A DNA stretch of 61,525 nt, the filler included, from Trypethelium eluteriae (taxonomy: Eukaryota), in NCBI GenBank assembly GCA_051942245.1. It is 3 parts of 3 records of this genome, joined end to end, with 100 filler letters (N's around TTAATTAATTAA, not from the genome) between each part and the next. Parts side by side here need not be neighbours in the genome. Positions count along the whole stretch, not along the records: positions 41,131 to 61,525 come from JAVECL010000499.1; 2 more parts are not named here. One strand, written 5' to 3'. Shown piece by piece: positions 48,813 to 59,522 of this stretch (its first letter is position 1; each line of letters starts with the position of its first letter). Below the pieces are notes generated by a model. It ran no database searches. It worked only from the letters and a program-made list of their open reading frames with translations, and was not told the origin of the DNA. Position numbers and translations under genes: made by a program.

Positions 48813-50109
48813 ATGGCATCTTCATCCTTCAGAGACTCCATGAACTCCATGGGCTGGTCCCGTCGAGATCCAGACATCCCCGTCCGAACCAACCCTCCCT
48901 CGTTCATGGGCAGGCTACAATCTTTGAACCCTTTTGGCAGTGGAGGCTATGTCAAGCTCCCCACCCAAGAAAGTCCCGGTGCTCCGCTTCCGGCTCCGAG
49001 TCGGCGGGAAGAAGAAGAGGGCTGGTTTGCGTGTAAGTCTGCTTCCTTCAGGGTCTTCAGCTGTCCCTCAGAAACGCTCCTGTCAGGTGTGACAAATGTC
49101 AAGTTCCTGCGTAGTCACTTCTTGTGCACTAGCATGCAGAATGCCGCCATTCAACTCCCAAAAGGCAGAAATTTACGCTAATTGTTGTGCCTCATAGTAA
49201 GTCGGTGGGATCGACTCTTGATTTTCGGGGCGTTCAACCTTGCTGCCTTGGCTTTGTTTGTTATCTGCTTCACCTTGCTGCCTGTATTAACGCTCATGCC
49301 GACAAAGGCGACCAAGTTTGCAATCCTGTAAGTGTTCGCCATCTGCTTTCTCAACAGTTGTAATGGGTCCACTACTTTGCTTTGCCGCTAGATTGCACTT
49401 CTCTCGCACAATCATTACATCATGAACCCTCACCAGCCACACTCCATCTCAAGGGATGCCGTTGCCATTCAGATCATGCGGCAGCTAGCTGCGGAAGGGT
49501 GCATCAGCTTTTCTCGGTCCGCTAGGCTGCATGGTCCCTTTCCAACCTGATCCAATAGTCATATGTCAAAGATAGTGTATGGCTAATCCGTCCTAATCCG
49601 TTCAGGTGGTCAGTGGCATCAGCTCTATTTCTAGCTTCATGGGCGGTCGTTTTGGGCCCATTAGCATACGGTAAGCGTCGCTCCTCAAACGTCTTGTACT
49701 TCCATCATCGCCGCCGCTGACCTATTACAAATGAAAAGCGCAGCACCTGCTTTCCGGCCCCCGGTTACCTTTTACAGCGGCATATTTTGGATCCATTGCA
49801 CTCACCCTCTATTTTGCGCTTGGGGTAGGTGTCCTACTTTACCCCGCTTTGATTGGCTCCATCCTGGTTGAATAGCATTCCATACTGCGTCCATCCCACC
49901 CCCACGCCCCCTCATTGGTTCTAGCTTATACTGACATGTCCGCGTGATCACGCTAGCTTCACGCACCAGTCCTGACCCTCCTCTCTTCAATCGTCCAACT
50001 TGCTTGTCTCGTGTGGTATCTTATCAGCTATTTTCCGATGGGCTCAACAGGATTGCGATTTGCGGCCAGACTCGGCGGCAACCGGATTGCAGCATGGATG
50101 AGCGACTAG
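48813..50109 (+). CDS. SFT2: Golgi vesicle transport protein SFT2 (Got1/Sft2 family); exons 48813-49032, 49198-49327, 49606-49670, 49739-49824 and 49957-50109
   Basis: MASSSFRDSMNSMGWSRR...APLPAPSRREEEEGWFA|LSRWDRLLIFGAFNL...KFAIL|WSVASALFLASWAVVLGPLAY|AQHLLSGPRLPFTAAYFGSIALTLYFALG|LHAPVLTLLSSIVQLACLVWYLISYFPMGSTGLRF; four transmembrane segments. Confidence 0.93.
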
Positions 50110-51423
50110 AGGTTGCAGTGTGTCCAACGAGACCAAAATATGCCACCGTAACAGATAACATGATATTCCAGCAAGACCGCCCATGGCGCCAGAAACATCC
50201 TTGCAACTCGACCGACCACCTTGAGGTTACGCTGATCGCGCAGACAGACCTCGAGGCTCGGTCCGGACAGGGGTCTATCGTGACGCTCTATCCATTCGTT
50301 TGATTCCGCACTTAGACACCCTCAGCGCGCCACCCAAAGGGTCGGGGCCACCTCTTCCATCAAGCCTCAGCTACAGCCCATGAAATATTCGTAATGATCT
50401 GGAACCTATTTGGCCGAGTCGACCGGCTCCGCGAAATTGCAAGCCTGATTCCGATGCAGAGCGGCTTCGTGATTCATGACGCGTCGACGTTGAATGGGGC
50501 GCAACACCCTTGTAAGAGATGCGCCAGTTGCTTAAACGCAGTCGGAAGGCCGGCCGAGAAGGATCTCGCACACCATTTTGACGCGACGTCGCTCAAAGTG
50601 GGCAGCTTGGCTGAGGTTAGACTGGACCGCTGGGGTCAAGATTCGGCCATGAGGCCCGGCCTGCTTGCTAACTTGAGGCGCGGCTATCTGTCTTTAATCG
50701 AACTTTGTCGCAGTAGCTTGAATCTATTATCATCGCTAGGCATTCGCCAGGATCCGAACGTTATGCTACTGAGGCCCGGACTCCGCCTCGATCGTCATCA
50801 CTCCCTGCCCAGTTCAATCTCCAATCCATATGATCTTCATTGCCGGACACGAAAATCACTCATATCCTGAATCAGCCAGCTGCTCCGGCTGCTGGATCAT
50901 GCCCCAAGTCGGGCATGCTAGTCTCGGCGAATTTGATTCGTCGGTGATATTGTCGATGGCTCTCGACGCCATCCAGGATTCGGGAGCTCGACGGTGCGGT
51001 CCCCGCATTCTCATCTGCATATCCGAAGCATGAGGGTCGTGCGTACATGCAGCATGCGGCGGGACCGGCTGGGCCAGTTTCGGTCGACCCCACCACTTGC
51101 GAAACCCACTTCGGGCAAGGATAATTGTATGGCTGCATGGCTTATCGATGGCCCTCCCAAATAGTCGGCGCTTACGTTGAATACTCCCCATGTCCTCCAT
51201 CAAGCGTCCTGTAGGCTTCATATCGGGACGACAATATCAAGATCTCATCAATTTGGGCGTGCCGGATTCTCGTCTGTCTAGATCCCTCGCTTATGCTGGG
51301 CTGACGCCCAAACATGACTCGTATGCATACCATTCGAGATGCATTCCTCAGCACGACCTTTTTCAACAGCGGTCCATCTCTTGTGCATCATCACTGTAGC
51401 CAACCCAGGGATCCTACGCTCGG

Positions 51424-52748
51424 TCACAGCTGATTCGTCGCTTCCACAAACGCCTCCCACTCCCTCAACGCCGCTCCGCTCTCAATCGCCCATCTTGCCC
51501 TACGTACCCCCTCTTTCCATCTCCCTCCGCCAGGCCCTCGCTCACTGACCACCCGGCCATCATCACCAGACCCCATATAGCTCTCATTAGCGTCACAAAT
51601 ACCACTAATTACAAGGAGGGCGGCAGTGTTGATCAGCACAAAGTGTAGAATAGGGTTGTCGGATGATAGACTGTTGCGAAGTATCCGCAAAAGTATCTCG
51701 GCATTTTCGTGAGGTTCTTTGCCCGGAGAGACGTCTGCAAGGGCGTGCGAAGGAAAGCCGAAGTCAGCGGGTGACAGTGAGAACTCTTCGATCTCGACGT
51801 CGCCTGCACCACCCTTGGTCGCTCTTTCGACGAGCCTCCAGCAGAGTGTTCTTCCCGCGCATGAGATCTCGTCGAGCTCCTCTTCGCCGCATACGACCAT
51901 TGCTTTTTTCACCCCAGACAGCCGCAACGCCTCGGCAAAGGTCCTTCCAAGATCTCGTCGGGCTACTCCTACCACTCTTGCTTCGATCAAGCCTGTGTCA
52001 TGGACTGGATTGGCAAGCGGTCCAAGCAGGTTGAAAATTGTGCGCCAACCCAATTCCTTCCGTATCGGTGCAACGTAGCGCATGCCCGGATGAAAATGCG
52101 GTGCGAACAGGAATGCGTAATTTGTTTTCTCGTACAGCGACGGTAGGTGTTCAGGCGTGACGGCAGCTAACTTGGGAGGTTGAGGCGCGGTTGACTCTAG
52201 CAAGTCTGCGGATCCGGATTTTGAAGTTGAAGCCCGGTTTCCGTGTTTGGCAAGAAGTAGTAGAGGAGAGGCGAGAATGGATGAGGTGGTACTGACGTTG
52301 AACGTGCTGTGCGAGTCACCTCCTGTGCCGACGATATCACACTGATGGAGATGTCGTGTTAATTCTTAAGGTCCGAAAGAGGTCTCATAATTCTATGATA
52401 TATTGGACATACCAAATATCCATGATATCCTCCTGTTGCTTTAGACTCTCCCCTCCTTTTAACTGCCTTTTCCAAAGCCTTCGTGTCAATCCGTGCGGCT
52501 GCATTCCTCATCGCCGCTGCGCTTAGTGCAATCACATCCGCCTTCCTGTCCTCGCCCGTGAAATGCAGAGCTGTGAGAAGGGCTCCAGTCTGTACGGAAG
52601 AAAGAGAGTTTGTGAAAATGTGTGAGATCGCAGCGGCAACTTCAGATGCAGTCACCGGCGGATCAGCCTTTGGCGGCGAGGGCCAGAGGCGGCGGAGGAG
52701 GGGAGTGATGGTGACGATTTTAGGTACCGTTTCCGTGGCTTGCGACAT
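51424..52748 (-). CDS. TRP4: Anthranilate phosphoribosyltransferase; one intron (~52411-52342)
   Basis: Spliced GYL|CDIVGTGGDSHSTFNVSTTSSI, AKHGNRASTSKSGSADLL, FLFAPHFHPGM, RTIFNLLGPLANP, GEEELDEIS. Confidence 0.96.
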
Positions 52749-53032
52749 CTTTGATGATAAGTCTTCAGAATTATATGCTATGAAACTGCATGCGACCCGA
52801 AAGGGCCGATTGCTAAGCTTTCACCTCATGGTTTTGGTATTTGGTGAACAATATTGAGTTTTCCTTCATTGATGTTTTTGTGGGCGGTGAGACGCGGGGT
52901 GACGCGACCCTTCGAATCTGCGATTTTTGCCATCACACTCCAATTCTCAGCAAGTATTATGCTTTACATCTAGGACCAAGTCCTTTTAGCCAAGCACCGT
53001 CTTCTATCGTTTCAGAGAAGCACGTCGAGATC

Positions 53033-56000
53033 ATGACAAGCCTTAAAAGATCTTATGATCCCGGCAATGCGCCAAACCTTTCCAGTAAAGTCTACGTTAG
53101 AACGACCAGAGCCGGCAAGGTACAAAAGATCGTTCGGGAATTGTACTTGAGGCGAGATATTCCATGTTCCTCACGGCTCTGCTCCGCATGTCTGGACGTT
53201 GCGCCAACAGATTATCGGAATAAAGGTAGGTTTGCGTAGCTGCTATTGATCTATCGGTCGCTCATGGAAATAAGTTGCTCCCTTCGTTCTCTCGGCAACA
53301 CCAGCTGCAACGAAATCATTTCCGAACGGTCACTATCTGGTTCCCGACACCAATGCTTTCATTAATGGTATGGACCTCTTCGAGCTTCAGACAGGATTTC
53401 ATGACGTTATTGTCCTCCAAACAGTCCTGGAAGAAGTTAAGAATAGATCTTTACCGCTGTACCATCGCCTGACTAGCCTAACAAGGAATGAAAGCAAACG
53501 CTTCTATGTTTTCTTCAATGAATTTCGACAAGAGACCTATGCAGCCAGAGACCGTGACGAGACTATCAACGATCGTAACGATCGCGCTGTTCGAATGGCA
53601 GTCAAGTGGTATGGCGAGCATCTGCAACAAGCAGTTAAGGCCAGAAAGTCGAGCCGATGCCCTTCGATAGTGATGATAAGCGATGACAAAGAAAATCTAC
53701 GCAAAGCAAGAAAGGAAAACATTGCTGCAACATCTCGTATGTTACCCCTATGAATTTGTGTCTTTCCAAAAAGCAATCGCTGACCCTGAAATGCAGTATT
53801 CAAATATATCGAAGGTCTCGATGAAGCGGACAAATTGCTCGACATGATAAGCGTAGGCCAGGAACAGCGAGACAATAGACTTGATAAAGCCGCGCTCATC
53901 TATCCTGAATATTTTTCACTCTCGAAACTACTTACAGGGATTAAAAGTGAGGTCCTGCATCAAGGTACCTTTACAGTCTCGCCATACAATTATCTGGAGG
54001 GCTCAGTACATGTTCCGGCTTTCAATAGAGCACTCCTCGTTCTGGGGCGAGAAAACAGTAATCGCGCTGTTTCAGGCGACGTTGTGGTTGTTGAAGTACT
54101 CCCTAAAGATCAATGGAAAGCGCCATCATCGAAACTCGTTGATGAGGAAACTGTCAACAAGAACGAAAATCCAGAAGTGGAAGAAGCAGAGACAATAGTC
54201 TCTGAGCTTGAGAGGAAGGCTCTCCAAGAAGAAGTCAAGAAGACCCACGGCACCAATGCAGAAGGCCATGCGCAGCCTACGGCGCGCGTCGTGGGGGTCA
54301 TCAAGAGGAATTGGAGACACTACGTCGGACATATTGACAAGGATTCTGTGCGGGACCCTGCAAACCAGACTAGAACACAACAAACTGTATTTCTTATACC
54401 CATGGACAAGCGCATACCAAAAATTCGGATCCGGACACGGCAGGCAGGGCAATTACTGGGACAGCGCATCTTAGTTACCATTGACTCTTGGGATCGAGAC
54501 TCGCGCTATCCCGTTGGACACTTTGTGCGATCATTAGGAGAGTTAGAAACAAAAGGAGCCGAGACAGAAGCCCTTCTCCTCGAATATGATGTACAATACC
54601 GGCCTTTCCCCAAGACAGTTTTGGATTGCCTACCGCCGGAAGGCCATGACTGGAGAGTCCCTGCGGACACCAATGACTTGGGCTGGGAAAGCAGGCGAGA
54701 TCTTAGAGATCTATTAGTATGCAGCATTGATCCACCAGGATGTGTAGACATCGACGACGCTCTCCATGCACGGAAAATGCCGAATGGAAACTTTGAAGTT
54801 GGTGTGCACATTGCCGATGTCTCGCATTTTGTTAGATCTAACAATGCCATGGACGACGAGGCAAGCATGCGCGGGACAACGGTGTATCTCGTAGATAAGC
54901 GTATCGACATGCTACCAACCCTGCTTGGAACCGATCTATGCTCTTTGAAGCCATATGTTGAGCGATATGCCTTTTCAGTGCTTTGGGAGATCACAGCTGA
55001 TGCTGTTGTGGTCAAGTCCGACTTCGTAAAATCCGTCATTCGCTCACGTGAGGCCTTCAGCTACGAACAGGCTCAGATTCGAATCGACAACAAATCGCAG
55101 AAAGATGATCTTACTCAAGGGATGAGGACATTAATGATGCTGTCGAAAAAACTTCGCCAGAATCGAATGGATGCCGGAGCTTTGAATCTTGCAAGCCCAG
55201 AAGTTCGCGTACAAACAGAATCGGAAACTTCAGATCCAATGGATGTACAGACAAAGCAAATGCTTGATACAAACTCCCTCGTCGAAGAATTCATGTTGCT
55301 CGCTAATATCAGCGTCGCAAGGAAGATCTACGACGCTTTCCCACAGACCGCACTGCTCCGTAGACACGGAGCTCCACCAAGAACCAATTTTGAGGAATTG
55401 CAAAACCAGCTCATGGTCAAGAAAGATATGGAGCTACGCACAGAAAGCTCAAAAGCCGTTGCAGAGTCTCTCGATACGTGTATTGACCCTTCCAACCCTT
55501 TTTTCAATACTCTTGTTCGGATCATGGCCACTCGCTGCATGATGTCGGCTGAATACTTCTGTTCCGGGACCCAGGCCGAACCGGAATTTCGACACTACGG
55601 CTTAGCAAGCGAAATCTATACACATTTTACCAGCCCAATCCGCCGGTACGCCGATCTGGAAGCCCACCGGCAACTTGCGGCAGCGATAGGATACGAGCAA
55701 CTCGACGCGAGCTTACAAAGCAGACATAAATTGGAGGGGGTCTGCAAGAATCTAAATGTCAGGCATCGCAACGCGCAAATGGCGGGAAGAGCGAGCGTTG
55801 AATATTACGTCGGACAGGCTTTGAAAGGAAAGGTACTTGATGAGGAAGGCTTCGTGATGAAGGTTTTCTCCAATGGTTTCGTCGTCTTCGTTCCCAGGTT
55901 TGGTATCGAAGGACTCATTCGGTTGAGAGACCTCGGCACGCCCGAGCCTGCAGGCGCATTTGACGCTGAGAATTATCGGCTTACTATCACGGGATCAAGG

Positions 56001-56099
56001 AATGTGACAATCGATCTGTTTGAAAAGGTCACGATTAGAATCAGCGATGAGCGGGAGGAGTCTACGGGGAAGCGGAAGATTAAGCTACGACTCGTATAA
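53033..56099 (+). CDS. DIS3: Exosome catalytic subunit DIS3/RRP44 (CR3-PIN-CSD-RNB-S1); 3 exons
   Basis: KVQKIVRELYLRRDIPCSSRLC, LVPDTN, IVLQTVLEEVKNRS, ETINDRNDRAVR, CSIDPPGCVDIDDALH, GVHIADVSHF, TNSLVEEFMLLAN, HYGLASEIYTHFTSPIRRYAD. Confidence 0.97.
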
Positions 56100-57149
56100 G
56101 GCCTAGAGTGATTTTGAAGTCGCACGAAAGCCTTAATCCTGTTTACAGGCTGAAGATGTTTCAAGAGCTAGGAGTAAGACTGGCTTCAATGGACATTTTG
56201 TCATATTGTTGTCATGCAACTCTATGCAGCGTGCCCATGGCAATGCAGTACCACTTCACTGTAACCATTTTAGCCGGCCTCCCGTCGGAGTCCTGCCATT
56301 CCAGCAGTCTATGGTGAGATTTCTTGTAGTATCGCTTCCCTGCATCTTTCTCCGTGACTGCAGATGTGGCAGCGCCTAACGGGGAGACGGGTACTTTACC
56401 TTCGTTGCATTTAACCAGCTCGTTTTCCAAGGTCTTCTTACCGATGGAACTTCCTCGGTCGACAGCATCGATAAAACCTGTTTTCCGCTGGAGCGGCTTG
56501 ACTGGCTTCCTAACCCAAGCCAAGGATGATTTTTGTCGATCTTGCTGCGCCTCATGTGGCAAACTGTGGCTGGTGATAATGACCGGCTTTCGAGCGAACA
56601 TGCGGAACAGATGTGGCGAACCACAGTATTTTAAAGGGTGTGGATCGTCCTAATCCTTGATTCCTCGTCAGTCTCTCACCTCAAACCACGCCGCACGTGC
56701 GGGGTGATGAACCAAGCCATCACTAAACCCTTGCTGACGGATACTAGAGTTTTGACTTTCCGAGCGCTCACAATGGTTACCGGTACGTAGATCAACCGAC
56801 TCGTTGCAGCTATCAGACCTGCTTTGGGTCAAAAGTAGAGTAGATCTATCAAACAGGGAAGTCTAGCTTTCTCTCTCGCGTCTTCTCATCTTGACACAGC
56901 CCCAATAGACCGAGGATCTTCGCCAAATTTCCTCAAAACACATTTCCGGCGTTGATGCCGAAATAATAGCTATAGATAGTTGCAGAGAATATGTTTCCAT
57001 TGCCACCCGCGTAGACCACGATGAAAGGCTTCACATTGTCTCTCATCTCTTCAAATTTTTGAATCACGACCCTAATCTGAAAAAAAGTATTTTTCTGAAG
57101 TTCAATTGACTTTCTTTGACCCAGCACATGGGACTCTCAGAGGGTCTGC

Positions 57150-58439
57150 ATGAACATGGTTGCCCTTAATAGAAAGGCTGGGATAGCCTGCTTGTTGTTC
57201 ACGTCTCTTATGAGCAAAGCGATAGCACAGACACCCTCAGAGCAACAGACTATCTCAAACCCAGGTTCACAAGCATCACCGACAAGTCCATTGGCTGCGA
57301 ATCCATCAAGCGAGAGCTCTCCGGACAATAGCGGCATTATCTCTTCCTTGTGGGCTGGAGGTGAATCTTTATTGTCATCTCTCTATCCTTCCACCTCTAT
57401 TGGGAACATTGCGACATTGACCTGGCCCACGAGTGTTGCAATAGGGTCTTCTACAGTCTCAGTGCCTCACTCATCCGTATCCCGCCCCTCTTCAACCAGC
57501 CCAACTGCTTCAAATACCGGGATATCTTCGAACAGCGCGTCTTCGAGCAGCGCATCTCCAAAAACTACAACACCTTCGAAGAGTGCGACATCATCACAAA
57601 CTGCAACCTCTTCGTCAAATAGCGAAACATCTTCAGATTCTGCGGCATCCTCACCGAATACAGCTCACGCAGTTGAGCCCACGCAAACCCCCTCGGATAC
57701 TCAGCCGGTCCCTGTTAAAAAGTCTGATGACCACAAGAAGATCATTGGCATCGTCTTGGGCGTTGTCTTTGGCTTGATTCTTATTGCAGTTGCGATCTGT
57801 ATTTTCTTGTTGTATCGGCGAAGGCGAAGAAGGCAACGCATACTCCGCCAATATGAATCACCAGCTGGAGAATCGGAAATTCAGTCATGGAGGCAGCCAA
57901 GCAACAATATCCAGGTCAGCCAAGCTCCGGACAGGTACACGATGCTTGCACCCCCACCCACATCAAGGTACCAGCCGAGCACTCCTTATCAGAAACTCAA
58001 CAATCCCTACCAAAACGATCAGGCTATCCAACACCTTGAGGGAGCTGCACCGTATGCTGCACCGTACGAAAGTGCGGTAGGGGAACCTAATCCATTCTAT
58101 ACTGCGGAAGAGAGGCGAAGCCTGCGTGCAAATGGTCCTTTTTCAAACGACCATGCTCATTTGTCATACGACTCTGCCGAGCCGAACCGGCCACCGACGC
58201 CGTTCATGTCGGCTTTATTTCAAAATCCAACGAGGAAGCCACTACCACCGCGGAAGAGTCCCAACCGTGCTTCCTACAATGCCGTTCATTATCCGACAAA
58301 TTCTGAGACCTCTGATTTCAATTTTGGATTTACGCAGTCAAAAGGTGATGATTTTGGAGATTTGGGTGGCGCAGCGAACCATTCTGCGTCAGGAGAAGAT
58401 TGGGATCAGCGTGCAGTTCACCCAGCGTATAGATCATAG
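57150..58439 (+). CDS. Type I membrane protein with Ser/Thr-rich ectodomain (Mid2/Wsc/mucin-like cell-surface sensor)
   Basis: Signal peptide, long S/T-rich region, transmembrane IIGIVLGVVFGLILIAVAICIFLLY followed by RRRRRR, and a Pro/Tyr-containing cytoplasmic tail with an NPF motif. Confidence 0.8.
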   Translation: MNMVALNRKAGIACLLFTSLMSKAIAQTPSEQQTISNPGSQASPTSPLAANPSSESSPDNSGIISSLWAGGESLLSSLYPSTSIGNIATLTWPTSVAIGSSTVSVPHSSVSRPSSTSPTASNTGISSNSASSSSASPKTTTPSKSATSSQTATSSSNSETSSDSAASSPNTAHAVEPTQTPSDTQPVPVKKSDDHKKIIGIVLGVVFGLILIAVAICIFLLYRRRRRRQRILRQYESPAGESEIQSWRQPSNNIQVSQAPDRYTMLAPPPTSRYQPSTPYQKLNNPYQNDQAIQHLEGAAPYAAPYESAVGEPNPFYTAEERRSLRANGPFSNDHAHLSYDSAEPNRPPTPFMSALFQNPTRKPLPPRKSPNRASYNAVHYPTNSETSDFNFGFTQSKGDDFGDLGGAANHSASGEDWDQRAVHPAYRS

Positions 58440-58953
58440 TAGCTTTCTCAGCTTTGACATCTTTTCAATGTCCGATTTGGTCTTTCGTTTACGATGATAT
58501 CCAAGACTATGGGATGGTATACGACTTGATGGTCACGGCGTTCTTGGGTGTAACGAAAATTTTGTGAATTCAGCTTGGCCCTCGTGCTAGGGAGGTTTTT
58601 GCTATCGAGTCCACCAGTTTGAGTCTGGTTGTACATAGTTATTTCAGAGAATGACTCCTAATAATCATTGGGGACGAATAGTAAGATGTTTAAACTCCTC
58701 CGCCTGCTTTGATTGGTGCGCATCACGACACGTCCGAGCTTCTCTCGCGCTCACCACGCGAGAATGTCATAACTCACCAGGGTCATCTACCCTTGCCTAC
58801 TTACCTGCAAACCCACAATCACATCAACCATCATTGTACCCTCTCTAAATTGTGCGCCTTGCCTCCTGCTTTACCGCTGTTTTCCAAAAACGCACTTACA
58901 TGCCACTCGATCGGTCATTTACCTCGGATCAAGCTTAGCTTTTCACCATCACC

Positions 58954-59522
58954 ATGGACTTCGTGCAAGGTAGATACCGAGACTACATCGCTTGCTGTCA
59001 ATACAACATGCTGATGATCAATACTGCACAGACTGGGCGAACTATCTACACTATCTTACGTCGTCGCCACTTTCTCCCTTGTCGACTTACAGTTCTTACC
59101 TTCAAAGCCTCACGTCTTTCTCTACTCGCCTCAGCGCTTTCTTCTCACCGTTTCTGAACAAGCTTACCACGTCGCCTGACCTCGCGTCCATCGCCCTGCT
59201 TCTACTCACCCTCATCGCCAGTCTGGTCATCCTTGATATGCTCTGGCGAGCGGTCATTTACTGGGTACGACTGTTCTTCAATTTGGTGTTCTGGGCATCA
59301 GCCGTAGGGCTGGGATTCTGGATGTGGAACAGGGGCCCGGATGGTGTCATTGAGGATATCGAGATGCTGATTGGTGTATGGAGCAAGGAGTATACGCACT
59401 GGAAGCAGAGGGCGGAGATGAGCGAGGCCTGGCGGAAGCAACAGTACGGAGGTACTTATGGGGGCAATCACGGTGGAGCAAATCGGCGGGGGCGGGGAAC
59501 AAAAATGTCACAGTGGCGATGA
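58954..59522 (+). CDS. APQ12: Apq12-family nuclear envelope / nuclear pore biogenesis membrane protein; exons 58954-58969 and ~59032-59522
   Basis: ATGGACTTCGTGCAAG|GTAGAT..GCTGAT..CAG gives MDFVQDWANYL. PDLASIALLLLTLIASLVILDMLWRAVIYWVRLFFNLVFW...WMWNRG and VWSKEY are two-TM Apq12-like features. Confidence 0.75.

Noticed and set aside
50110..51423. Multiple 60-158 aa ORFs between SFT2 and TRP4
   Set aside because: No codon bias, motifs or splice support; treated as convergent UTR/intergenic sequence.
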